Shown in pieces: positions 22,483 to 31,996 of a stretch of DNA of 64,000 nucleotides (the first letter of the stretch is position 1; every line of letters begins with the position of its first letter). This stretch comes from Alphaproteobacteria bacterium (GTDB lineage: Bacteria; Pseudomonadota; Alphaproteobacteria; JAAXGF01), in NCBI GenBank assembly GCA_963555825.3, contig CAUVXB020000002.1:2880001-2944000 (forward strand), in the 5' to 3' direction. The notes beneath the pieces were generated by a model that was given only the letters and a program-made list of their open reading frames with translations, was not told the DNA's origin and did not search any database. A program made the translations under genes and the position numbers.

Positions 22483-22697
22483 GGCGCCCTGGCTACCGCG
22501 TCGCGCCACGCGACGCAAGCCGTCTCGGCCGGAAGGCATCGCGGTCGCCTGCTACGCGTTGTGGCTAGCTATACCGATCTATCGTCGCACCGGATGGCGG
22601 TATTCTCGGCAGAGACAGCGGACCAGGTTATTCGCAGGACCGGATAATTCGGATTGAGGGGCGACACGGCACGATAGGCATCACCATGCCGGCCGGT

Positions 22698-22964
22698 TCA
22701 GCATTCGCATACCGCGTCGTATTGGCCGTCGCAGCACAGGACCTGGCCGTAATTGCATCCGCAGACACCGCCCTGCGCCAAGCAGCAGCCTTCCTGGGCG
22801 AGCTGCTTGGGACTGGCGCCGCTCGATTTGAGGCGCTCACAAACGGCTGCTTTGTCTGACGCATCCGGCTGCGGCTCGTTCCGAGGCGTCTCGGACGCGA
22901 GTGCCGTTCCGACGGCAAAAGCGAGAGCGACGGCAACGGCGACGGCTGCGGTATATCGTCTCAT
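22698..22964 (-). CDS. Small secreted cysteine-rich protein
   Basis: 88 aa from ATG 22964 (GGGAGG upstream), signal peptide ending ALA, 9 Cys including GCCLAQGGVCGC and CCDG...CEC. Confidence 0.7.
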   Translation of the reverse strand: MRRYTAAVAVAVALAFAVGTALASETPRNEPQPDASDKAAVCERLKSSGASPKQLAQEGCCLAQGGVCGCNYGQVLCCDGQYDAVCEC

Positions 22965-23210
22965 TGGCAACCTCCCAGAATGCACGTAGTCACCTCTTGA
23001 CCATTTCACTATCGCGTTCGTTCTCGTCTCGCGCGACCATTCCGCTGGCGTTAACCCGATAAAAACTACCGGACATGCCATCGGCGCGGGGGCGAGCCGA
23101 CCCCCTCAACGCGAGGAGGACAGCTACGCGCCGCGGCGCTTCGACGGCGCGGACGACAACCGGGCTGTGATCGGGCGGTTTAGCCGAGGCTTGGCCGGCG
23201 GCGCGCACCT

Positions 23211-24376
23211 TATACCAACGGCACTAATTATTGACCTGAAATCGCCCAATCTCTCATTCCGATGGACATGATCGTCTCGGGCTGGTCGATTAGTTTGTTC
23301 CAGGCTTGGCAACCGGCCTCGATGATGGCGTCGTAATCTTCGAAGACGCGGTTAGAGAGCCAATTCTGGCGGAGGTATTGCCAGATGTTCTCGACCGGGT
23401 TCAGCTCGGGCGAGCGCGATGGCAGCAGGATGATGGTGAGGTTCTTGGGGACCTTGAGCTGGTCGGTGCTGTGCCACCCGGCGCGGTCCATCAGGACGAC
23501 GCCATGGGCCTTGGCGGCGACGTTGCAGCTGATCTCGTCGAGATGCATCTGCATGGCGGCTGTGTTGGCGAAGGGGAGCATGAGAGCGGCACCCTTGGCT
23601 CCCATGGGACAGATTGCGCCAAAGAGGTAGGCGTTCGTGTAGCGCTGATCGGCGGGCAGGCGTGGCCTTGTTCCCTTCTTCGCCCAAATGCGCACACGCC
23701 CGTTCTTCTGTCCCAGCCTGGCCTCGTCTTGGAACCAGATCTCGACCCGCTTGGTCTTGGGCAGACCGGCTAGGTGGGCAGCGAGCGTGCGGGGGAAGTT
23801 TTTTTGAACGCCTCGATCACCCGCTGGTCCTGCTTGGGGTGCTGCGGCCGGGCGCTGATGTGGGAGAAGGACAGCGCGACGAGAAGGTCGGAGATCGCCC
23901 GCTCGCTATAGATCACGCCAAAGCGTTCTTCGATCACCCGTTTCAGGTCAACCCGCCGCCAGCGAACCACACCGTCAATCTCTGGATCGGGGCCCGTTTC
24001 GACGATCACCGACAGTTCGCCCATCTGCTCGTCGGTCAAGAGCCGGGGGCGGCCCGCACCGGGACGGTTCTTCAAGCCGTCTGCCCCTTCATCGTTGAAG
24101 CGGTGCGCCCAGTCTCTCAGCGTCTGGCGATCCATGCCGCCGACCTTAGCGGCTTCCGCTCGGCTCATGCCGTCGTAAACCGCCGCCAAGGCCAAAAGCC
24201 GGCGAACTTGGCGGGGATCGCGACTGTGCTTGGCCAAACACCGGAGCTCAATGCTGTCGTAGTCGTCCCGAAGAGCAATGCATACTGACATGGCGAATCT
24301 CCTTCGCCAGCCTTGAATCACATCCAGCCCAAAAAGGGAATCCCTTGCGAGTCAGAATTTTGCGCCGTTGGTATTA
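23211..24376 (-). mobile_element. IS630-family insertion sequence
   Basis: Terminal IRs TACCAACGGC / GCCGTTGGTA with flanking TA; two-ORF transposase. Confidence 0.92.
23228..24291 (-). CDS. IS630 transposase (OrfA + OrfB joined by probable programmed -1 frameshift at A7, 23799-23805)
   Basis: OrfA HTH (RQTLRDWAHRFN...RPQHPK); the -1 frame gives KNFPRTL...WFQDEAR...MDRAGWH...SPELNPVENIW (DDE). Confidence 0.9.
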
Positions 24377-25308
24377 ATTGGTCTCGTCTGGACATGGCGG
24401 GACCGTGAGGCTGGGCGGGAGCTTGGTCTTTTCATCCCCGCAGGCAAGATCAAGCTGCGCCTGGCTGAGGTTGTATGCCTCTTCGAGGTCAGCGCCGCGC
24501 AGGTCCGCGCCGCGCAGGTCCGCACCGCCCAGATCCGCGCCGCCTAGGTAGCGTTGCCAAAGCTTGGCCTCCCGCAGGTCAGCATTGCGAAGCTTCGCCT
24601 TCCGGAGGTCGGCATTGGGAAACCTGGCCATTCGAAGGTCGGCAAATGTGAAGTTGACACGTCGAAGCTTTGCATTCGTAAGGAACCCCTCCCGGAGGTC
24701 AGCGCCACTGAAATCAGCATCTTCGAGGTTGGCATCCACAAGGTTAGCTTTCACAAAAAAGGCACCTATGGCGCTGGCGAAGCGAAGGTTCACTCCACGG
24801 AGCTCCCTGCTTGTCACCAATTCCAGTTGAGGATCATCTTTCTCCTTCCAGTCGGGCGGCCGGATGGAGATAATCTCCTTATCCAATTTCGCGAAGACGT
24901 CGTAGCCGAGACATGTAAAGGCCGTGGGCACCCACGTCCAACCGCCGGAAAATTGACATTTCACCGCCCGATTGCCGTTGATGGCCTCATCCGAGACAAA
25001 CCAGAAGGTGATGCCGGCCAGCAATAAGGCGGCGACGGGATAGACCCTCTGTCGAGTCCACCCTTCCCTTAGGCGGAACGGCTTTACCTTGTCGCCCCGG
25101 AGCATCGCGCGGGCGGACAAGAAGGTAAGCACCCCAAAACCCACTGACATCACCAGAATGACGATGTGGAAGGTGGTCCCAAACCAGTCGTGCTTGGGGA
25201 GGTAGCGCAGCCAAAACAGAAACAGCGTCAGCGGCACGATCCACCAGGCGAAGACGATGGAAACGAAGTTCTGTAGAAGGGAGAGAGGGGGGCGGGTGGT
25301 TTTCAAAA

Positions 25309-26962
25309 GGGTGTGGGTCTGGTATGGAAAATCTAAGTCATTGATTTAGTGCGTTTTTTGTATCGAGACGAACGGCCGAAATCGGCTATTCGTGACAATG
25401 GGCCGCTCCAAGGCAGGATTTTGTCACGACGGCAGGGTCGAGCAGGGGAAGGTGGGAACGCTCCGCACCGCCAGAAGCGGTACGATGCCGTGTCTCGAAA
25501 CCCAACATCGGGAGCATTCCCATGGCAGTATCCCCGCCTCCGGCGCCTTCGTCCATCGATCTTTCCGGCCTGCCTCCTCGGGTCGTCGAGGCGGCCGCCC
25601 GGGTGCTCGCACTGTGTCGCGAGGAGCTTCGTTCCGAGCCGCGCCCCGAGGCGCCCGAGGAGGTCGAGTTGCGGGTGCGTGAGGCCACGAACGAGTTCGC
25701 TCGCGATGTCATGGGCGCCGTCATCGAGAACCGGGACGATGGCGCTTCCCGGATCGAGCGGGACGGGCAGAGCTGGTTCCGGGTCGCGGTGACGCCGAAG
25801 ACGATCATGACCTCGCTCGGTCCGGTGACCTACCGGCGAGCGCGTTACCGCAGCGGCGCGAGCGGGGCATCGCCGGTGCCGGTCGACGAGAGCCTGGGCC
25901 TCGTCGACGATTACCTGACGCGGCCGGCGGCCGAGCTCGGTCTGCTGATGATGGGTCACTGCACGGCCCGGGAAGCGGCGGCGTTCTTTGCGAAGACCGG
26001 CGCCATGACGCCGTCGGTGAGCACCCTGCAGCGCCTGACCCTGAGCATGCACGAATGCTGGGAGAGCCTCGGCCCGGAGACGCTGGGCAGCATCCGTGAG
26101 GCCGAGGGCATACCGCAGGACGCGACCACCGCCTCGGTCTCCCTCGACGGCGTCATGGTGCCGCTGAGACCCGGCGAGGACGGTCGCGCCAAGGCCTCCT
26201 GGCGCGAGGCTGCCTGCGGCACGGTCTCCTTCCACGACGCCGAGGGCAAGCGCCTGAAGACCCTCTATCTCGGCCGCATGCCGGAGAGCGGCAAGCTCAC
26301 GCTGAAGGCGCAGCTTGCAAGCGAAGTCGCACACATCAGGCGAGCACGCCCCGAGATCGGGATCGTCGCTATCGCCGATGGCGCCGCCGACAACTGGACC
26401 TTCCTGGAGACCCTGTCGCCCGAAACCGAGGTGATCGACTTCTGGCATGCTTGCGAACATCTGCAAACCGCGTCCGACCATGCCGTGGCGCCCGGCTGGT
26501 TCGAGAAGTACCGCGAGATCCTCCGTCACGATCCCCGTGGCGTCGCCAAGGTGATCCGGGCGCTGCGCCACCTTCGCGATGCCGCCGCTGCGCCGGACCG
26601 GGCCGAGACCGAGCGGGAACTCGCCTTCTTCCGCAAGCATCGCCATCGCATGCGCTACCACGCCCTGAAGGAAGAGGGCATCGCCATCGGCTCAGGCGTG
26701 GTCGAAGCTGCCAACAAGACCCTGGTGACACAGCGCATGAAGCGCTCCGGCATGCGCTGGCGGATCGTCGGCGGACAGGCTGTTCTGACCTTCCGCGCCC
26801 TGATCAAATCCGGCCGCTTCGAGCGGGCATGGAAGGCCCTGATCAGCGCAACCGACACACCGGCCAACGACAACATCAGTCCACGTGCAGCAGCCATGGC
26901 AATCGCTGCCTGAACTCAACGAACCAAGCCGCAGACATCACTGCCATGCGAGACTCGCACCC
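25309..26962 (+). mobile_element. ISKra4-like (Mutator-related) insertion sequence, 1654 bp
   Basis: IRs GGGTGTGGGTCTGGTATGG and (rc) GGGTGCGAGTCTCGCATGG; 8-bp target duplication TTTCAAAA at 25301-25308 and 26963-26970. Confidence 0.88.
25522..26913 (+). CDS. ISKra4-like DDE transposase
   Basis: SLDGVMV, IADGAADNW, DFWHACEHL and IGSGVVEAANK...RMKRSGMRW. Confidence 0.88.
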   Translation: MAVSPPPAPSSIDLSGLPPRVVEAAARVLALCREELRSEPRPEAPEEVELRVREATNEFARDVMGAVIENRDDGASRIERDGQSWFRVAVTPKTIMTSLGPVTYRRARYRSGASGASPVPVDESLGLVDDYLTRPAAELGLLMMGHCTAREAAAFFAKTGAMTPSVSTLQRLTLSMHECWESLGPETLGSIREAEGIPQDATTASVSLDGVMVPLRPGEDGRAKASWREAACGTVSFHDAEGKRLKTLYLGRMPESGKLTLKAQLASEVAHIRRARPEIGIVAIADGAADNWTFLETLSPETEVIDFWHACEHLQTASDHAVAPGWFEKYREILRHDPRGVAKVIRALRHLRDAAAAPDRAETERELAFFRKHRHRMRYHALKEEGIAIGSGVVEAANKTLVTQRMKRSGMRWRIVGGQAVLTFRALIKSGRFERAWKALISATDTPANDNISPRAAAMAIAA

Positions 26963-27823
26963 TTTCAAAAGGCGAACATGTCCGCGCACGAGGCCGCTCA
27001 AGAGCCAGGGATAGGCACGCTGATCGAGGGTCCGTCCGTCCGGAAAGATAGCCGGGAGACGCGACAAGCCATGCCAAAATGGCTGCAGGAAAAGATGGAG
27101 GTAAACTTCGAGGCTGAAAAGCGCGATGGGCGCCGCGACAAAGAACCAGACGATCGGCACTTCCGCCTCTAAGATCGGCAGTGATGACGTCGCCGAGTTG
27201 GTGACAAGCTCCACGTCCGTGGTCGACCCGATCGTAATCCAGCAGAACACGCAGGCGCCAACCAAGGCCAGGAACGTGTTGCGCGCCGTCTGAGAAAGCT
27301 CCGTGACGTGATTGAGCGCGTCGAACGCCGCGATATCGTCCGGCAGTCTCGCGCCAGACACGTTTGAACCGCCGAGCTGTTTGCCGAGAAGCCCCGTGAC
27401 ATCGGTGAGCTCGGCGCCAGACAGGTCGGCGTTTCGGAGGTCGGCGTCCGTGAGGTCGGCCCCGTCGAGGTTGGCGCCGCTGAGGTTGGCGCTATGGAGG
27501 TTCGCCTTCTGAAGGTCGGCGCCGCCGAGATTGGCGGAGGAGAGATCGGCTCGCTTGCCCGATCCCTTACCGTCGAGCCACGCCTGGTGCCGCTCGAGGA
27601 TGATTCTTAGTTCGGCTTCGCCAAGTCGACCGTCGTCTTCCTCGGCGGCTTGAGCACGATCTGCCCCCTGGTCATTGGACTCGTCGGGATTTTCGTTCAT
27701 GGTCGCTTGCCATTCGCCGCGAATTGAAGGCCCGTTGCCGTGGTTGCAATATCATACGATATTTATCGCCTCACTGTAGAGTCGTGTCGTTGGAGCCTTG
27801 AAAGCGGTCGACTGTCTTGGTGC

Positions 27824-28693
27824 CTATTGGACGGCGGGGAACGCGGCGACGGCGAGCACGAGGCTATCGACGAGCTCGGCCATGAAGCCGAAGTCGAGCG
27901 TGTCGATGGTGTCGCTCGGCAGGTGGTAGTTGGGGTTGCGGAAGAACGCCGTGTCGGTGACCATCAGCGCCGGCCAGCCGGCGTCCCAGAACGAGGCGTG
28001 GTCGGAGAGCCGCGTCGCCGGCAGCACATGGCCGTCGAACGGCACGAACAGCGTCTCGACCGGCAGGCCCGGGTTGGCGCGGAACGCCGCCGCCACGGCG
28101 CGGCCGAAGCGCCGCGAGGCGCCGTTGCCGACGATGCCGATGAAATTGCCCTCACTCGGGTAGCCGGCCCATTCGAGCACCAGCGGATAGTCCTGCGCCG
28201 GCGACGTGTAGCCGACCATCTCGAGGACTATGGCGCCGAGCACGTCATCACCCGCCTTCTTGCGCTCGCGCACGAAGACGCGGCTGCCCATGTGGCCGGT
28301 CGTGTAGGCGGGTGGCTCCTCGAGCGTGAAGGCGACCAGCTTGACCGGCGCCGCAAGGTCCAAGTCGGGCAGCCGGCGGGCGAGTTCGAGCATGACCGCG
28401 ACGGCCGAGGCGTTGTCGTCGGCGCCGGGCGTCGTCGGCACGGTGTCGTAATGCGCGCCGACGACGTAGTAGCGCGCCGCGCCGGCCATGCCGGGCAATG
28501 CGGCGATCAGGTTGGCGACGGCGTGGCCCTGGTAGTCGTACGCCTGGGCGGTGACTTCCAGCCCGGCGGCCTCGAAGGTCTGGTGGATATAGCGCCGCGC
28601 GCGCTCGAGGCCGTCGCCCGGGAACGGCGTGCGCCGGCCGATCTCGACGGTCAGGACCTCGACGTGCCGTCGCAGCGCCTCTTCGAGGTCCAT
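27824..28693 (-). CDS. M28-family metallopeptidase
   Basis: GAHYD, PGADDNASAV, FTLEE, LEMVGY, SDHASFW and YHLPSDT. Confidence 0.9.
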   Translation of the reverse strand: MDLEEALRRHVEVLTVEIGRRTPFPGDGLERARRYIHQTFEAAGLEVTAQAYDYQGHAVANLIAALPGMAGAARYYVVGAHYDTVPTTPGADDNASAVAVMLELARRLPDLDLAAPVKLVAFTLEEPPAYTTGHMGSRVFVRERKKAGDDVLGAIVLEMVGYTSPAQDYPLVLEWAGYPSEGNFIGIVGNGASRRFGRAVAAAFRANPGLPVETLFVPFDGHVLPATRLSDHASFWDAGWPALMVTDTAFFRNPNYHLPSDTIDTLDFGFMAELVDSLVLAVAAFPAVQ

Positions 28694-28699
28694 GGTCGT

Positions 28700-29280
28700 T
28701 AGCCCGGACTTCTCACTATGGACAGGCGCGTCATCGCGTCGGGCGGAGTCGATCCGCCAGAAGAAGGCCGCAGAGCGTGGCCTGGGTCACGGTCAAGGCC
28801 TTCGACGCCGCGGACGGCCCGCCCGGCGCGACCCTTAAGGGCGATGGATCTCGGACGACAGGCGGCGTCAAAGCGCTTGCCCGCCTGCCTGCGCGAAGCC
28901 GGAGCTTCGCTTCGGCGAAGGCAGGATGCGCGAGTACTCACTTGCACGATTCCACGGTACGTAGGACGGCCTTGCGCGGTCGTCCGGCAAGGCGCCCGGC
29001 GCGCCGTGATGCTGGGCGCATCACAAGCGCCGGGCAACGCCGCCGGCGGCCGCGCAAGGCCGCCCTTCGGGTCGCGTTTCCCGCCCCCTCGGGGCGTCGG
29101 GAACGCTCTGCGATGCCAAGGCATCGCCGTCACGCCCCCGACTGCCGAGGAAACGGGAAACGCGATCCTACGTGCCGTGGAATCGTGCAAGGGAGTACTA
29201 GCATCGCGCTGCACGCTTTTCCTAGCCTGTCGTCCGATATCCGCCGTGCCGCACCTGTCCATAGTGAGAAGGCCGGGCTA
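28700..29280. mobile_element. Non-autonomous TA-flanked MITE (outer element, 581 bp)
   Basis: 31-bp terminal IRs (28700-28730 and 29250-29280, 29/31 identical), TA at both ends, no credible ORF. Confidence 0.8.
28935..29197. mobile_element. Second TA-flanked MITE nested in the first (263 bp)
   Basis: 34-bp IRs including the AGTACT site (28933-28966 and 29166-29199, 32/34 identical). Confidence 0.75.
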
Positions 29281-30677
29281 TAACGCGGGCTGGCGGTCGG
29301 CGAAGGGCCGGGCCGTCTCGAAGGCGCCGGCGGCACGCAGCACCAGCGCGTCGCGGTGCATCGGTCCGACGATCTGCAGGCCGACCGGCAGGCCCTCGGT
29401 GGTGAAGCCGCAGGGGATCGAGGCGGCCGGCTGGCCGGTCATGTTGAACGGGAAGGTGAAGGGCAGCCAGTCGATCCATTGGCGCGGGTCGTCGCCCTCG
29501 GGCATGAAACGGCCGACCGGGAAGGCGGTGATCGGCAGCGTCGGCGTCAGGAGCAGGTCGTAGTCGGTGTGGAAGCGCGTCATCGCGCCGCCCAGCGCGT
29601 TGCGCGCCGCGACGGCGTCGAAATAGGCGTCGAGCGTGATCGTCGCGCCCTCGTCGATCAGCGCGAGGAGGCCCGGGTCGACCAGGTCGCGCTTGCCGTC
29701 GACGAGCGGGCCGAGGCCGTGGCCGAGACCCGCCCAGGCGAGCGTCTTCATGGCCGGGCCCGGGTTCTCGAAGCCGGGGTCGGTCTCAACGACGATGGCG
29801 CCGAGGTTCTCGAAGACCCGCGCCGCTTGCGCCACCAGATCGGCGACCTCCGCGTCGACCTCGGCGTAGCCGAGCGCCGGGCTGAACGCGACCTTGAGGC
29901 CGGCGACACCGTCGTCGAGACCGGCGCGGTAATCGCATGGTTCGAAGGGCAGGGCGAACCAGTCGCGCGCGTCGGGTTCGGCGATGACGTTCAGCATGAG
30001 CGCCGCGTCGGCCACCGTCCGGCTCATCGGGCCGACATGGGCGAGCGTCGAGAACGGGCTCGGCGGATAGGCCGGCACGCGGCCGAAGCTGGGCTTCAGG
30101 CCGAACACGCCGGCGAACGAGCAGGGAATGCGGATCGAGCCGCCGGCGTCGGTGCCGAAGGCGAGCGGGCCCATGCCGGCGGCCAGCGCCGCCGCGGCGC
30201 CGCCCGACGAGCCGCCCGGCGTGCGCTCGAGGTTCCACGGGTTGCGCGTGATGCCGCTGACCGGACAGTGGTGACACCCTTCCAGCCGAACTCGGGCGTC
30301 GTCGTCTTGCCGAGGAAGACAGCGCCGTGCTCGCGCATGCGCGCGACCGCGGGCGCGTCGTCGTCCCACGGCTGGTCGGGATCGACCGTCTTCGAGCCGC
30401 GCAGGGTCGGCCAGCCCCTGCTCAGCAGCACGTCCTTGATCGAGGTCGGCACGCCGTCGACCAGGCCGGCCGGCTCACCCTTGGCCCAGCGCGCTTCCGA
30501 TCCGCGCGCCGCCGCGCGCGCGCCGTCGGCGTCGACCAGCAGATAGGCGTTGATCGCGTCGTTGTGGTCGTCGATGCGCGCCAGCGCCGCTTCGATCGCC
30601 TCGACCGGCGACAGCCGCTTGGCGCGGTAGGCCTCGACCAGTTCGCTGGCCGAGAGAGCACAGATGTCGTCGGTCAC
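29278..30677 (-). pseudogene. Amidase-signature family amidase, one-base deletion at about 30269-30270
   Basis: N-part VDGVPTSIKD...GKTTTPEFGWKGVT and C-part CPVSGITRNPWN...GGSSGG...GTDAGGSIRIP in different frames; one added G restores GVTDCP. Confidence 0.85.
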
Positions 30678-30699
30678 GGGCGGTCCTCCAGTGTGGCAT

Positions 30700-31896
30700 T
30701 CAGGCGTAGTCGTCCTCGAGCGGATAGTCCGACAGCACGACCGGCCCATCGGCCGTGATCCACACCGGCTGCTCGAGCTTGACGCCTTCGCGGCCGTCCT
30801 CGGCGCCGATGTAGCTCTCGACGCAGACGATCATGTTCTCGGCGAAGACGCCGTCATAGGCGCCCTTGTCGGCGTCCTCGGCGTACCAGATCAGCGGGTA
30901 CTCGACGCCCAGGCCGCAGCCGTGGGCGATATCGGCGTAGCGGTTTGCGATATAGGCCTCGGGCAGTGGGAACGACCGTTCGGCAAACTCCATGAAACCG
31001 ATGCCGGGCCGCAACAGGCCGATGTTGTGCTCGAGCTGGCGGCGCGACAGGTCGTAGATCGTCCGCTGTTCGTCGCTCGGCTTGGTCTCGCCGACCACCC
31101 AGCTGCGCGAGATGTCGGTATAGAAGCCCATCGGTCCGATCAGGTCGGTGTCGAAGGACAGCAGGTCGCCGGCCCCGATGACCCGGTCCGAGGTCTCCTG
31201 GAACCACGGATTGGTGCGCGGACCCGAGCTCAACAGCCGCGTCTCGGGATATTCGGCGCCGAGCGCGACCGACGCCTGCAGCATGGCGGCGAGCGCCTCG
31301 GTCTCGCGCATGCCGGGGCGCAGCGCCGCGCGCATCGCCGCGACGCCGGCTTCGCAGACCGCGAGGGAGGATTTGAAGGCGCGCACCTCCTCGACCGATT
31401 TGATGGTGCGGGCGCGCTCCATGACCGGCTTGCCGTCGAGGAGCTCGAGACCCTGCGCCTCGAACGCGCTGACCGCCAGGAGATCGGCGCGGTCGATCGC
31501 CAGGCGACGACCGCCGCCGCTCACGCGCGCCAGATCGGCGATCTCGGCGGCCATGCGGCCGGCCATCTCGTGGCGCCGCTCGCCGACCACCATGTAGTCG
31601 AAGGAGAGCGACGGGCGGATCTCGTCGATCGTCTCGAGGCCGCGCGCCAGGTGTTGCGCCGCGCCGGTCTCGAACAGCACGACCGGACCTTGCGTTGCGA
31701 CGAAGGCGTAGCGGACCATGTTGTGCATGGTCCAGACCTGCATGTTGCGGCTGCCCGTCGCGTACCGCAGGTTGACCGGATCGACGAGCACGATGCCGGC
31801 CATGTCGGCCTCGGCGAGCCCTTGGCGCACGCGTCCTAGGCGGTACGCGCGGATCGCCGCCTCGTCGATCGGCGCTGAGATGTCCACATCGGCCAT
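30700..31896 (-). CDS. M24 metallopeptidase-fold protein, DddP (DMSP lyase)-like
   Basis: DPVNLRYATGSRNMQVW, SGPRTNPWFQE, FDTDLIG...YTDISR, HGCGL..EYP, CVESYIG and VKLEQ. Confidence 0.8.
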   Translation of the reverse strand: MADVDISAPIDEAAIRAYRLGRVRQGLAEADMAGIVLVDPVNLRYATGSRNMQVWTMHNMVRYAFVATQGPVVLFETGAAQHLARGLETIDEIRPSLSFDYMVVGERRHEMAGRMAAEIADLARVSGGGRRLAIDRADLLAVSAFEAQGLELLDGKPVMERARTIKSVEEVRAFKSSLAVCEAGVAAMRAALRPGMRETEALAAMLQASVALGAEYPETRLLSSGPRTNPWFQETSDRVIGAGDLLSFDTDLIGPMGFYTDISRSWVVGETKPSDEQRTIYDLSRRQLEHNIGLLRPGIGFMEFAERSFPLPEAYIANRYADIAHGCGLGVEYPLIWYAEDADKGAYDGVFAENMIVCVESYIGAEDGREGVKLEQPVWITADGPVVLSDYPLEDDYA

Positions 31897-31996
31897 GCCG
31901 CGAGTGTGCCGCGCAAAGGGTGCGCGAATCAACAACGCCGACGCGGCGTGCTAGACTCGCGGCCAATCGCCTCGGGCGACTTAATGGGAGGATGCC

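Larger units (their letters stand above)
24374..27700 (-). pseudogene. Membrane protein with N- and C-terminal pentapeptide repeats, interrupted by an IS at 25309-26962
   Basis: A(D/N)LxG repeats in both halves. Removing the IS and one TTTCAAAA copy gives in-frame ...GHVRLLK-TTRPPLS..., 554 aa. Confidence 0.88.

Noticed and set aside
23799-23805. IS630 transposase as a pseudogene
   Set aside because: The A7 run at the OrfA/OrfB junction is the usual programmed frameshift site in this family.
28699-29283. ORFs of 168-281 aa across the amidase-M28 gap
   Set aside because: Arg/Ala/Pro-rich with no motifs; the region is explained by nested inverted-repeat elements.
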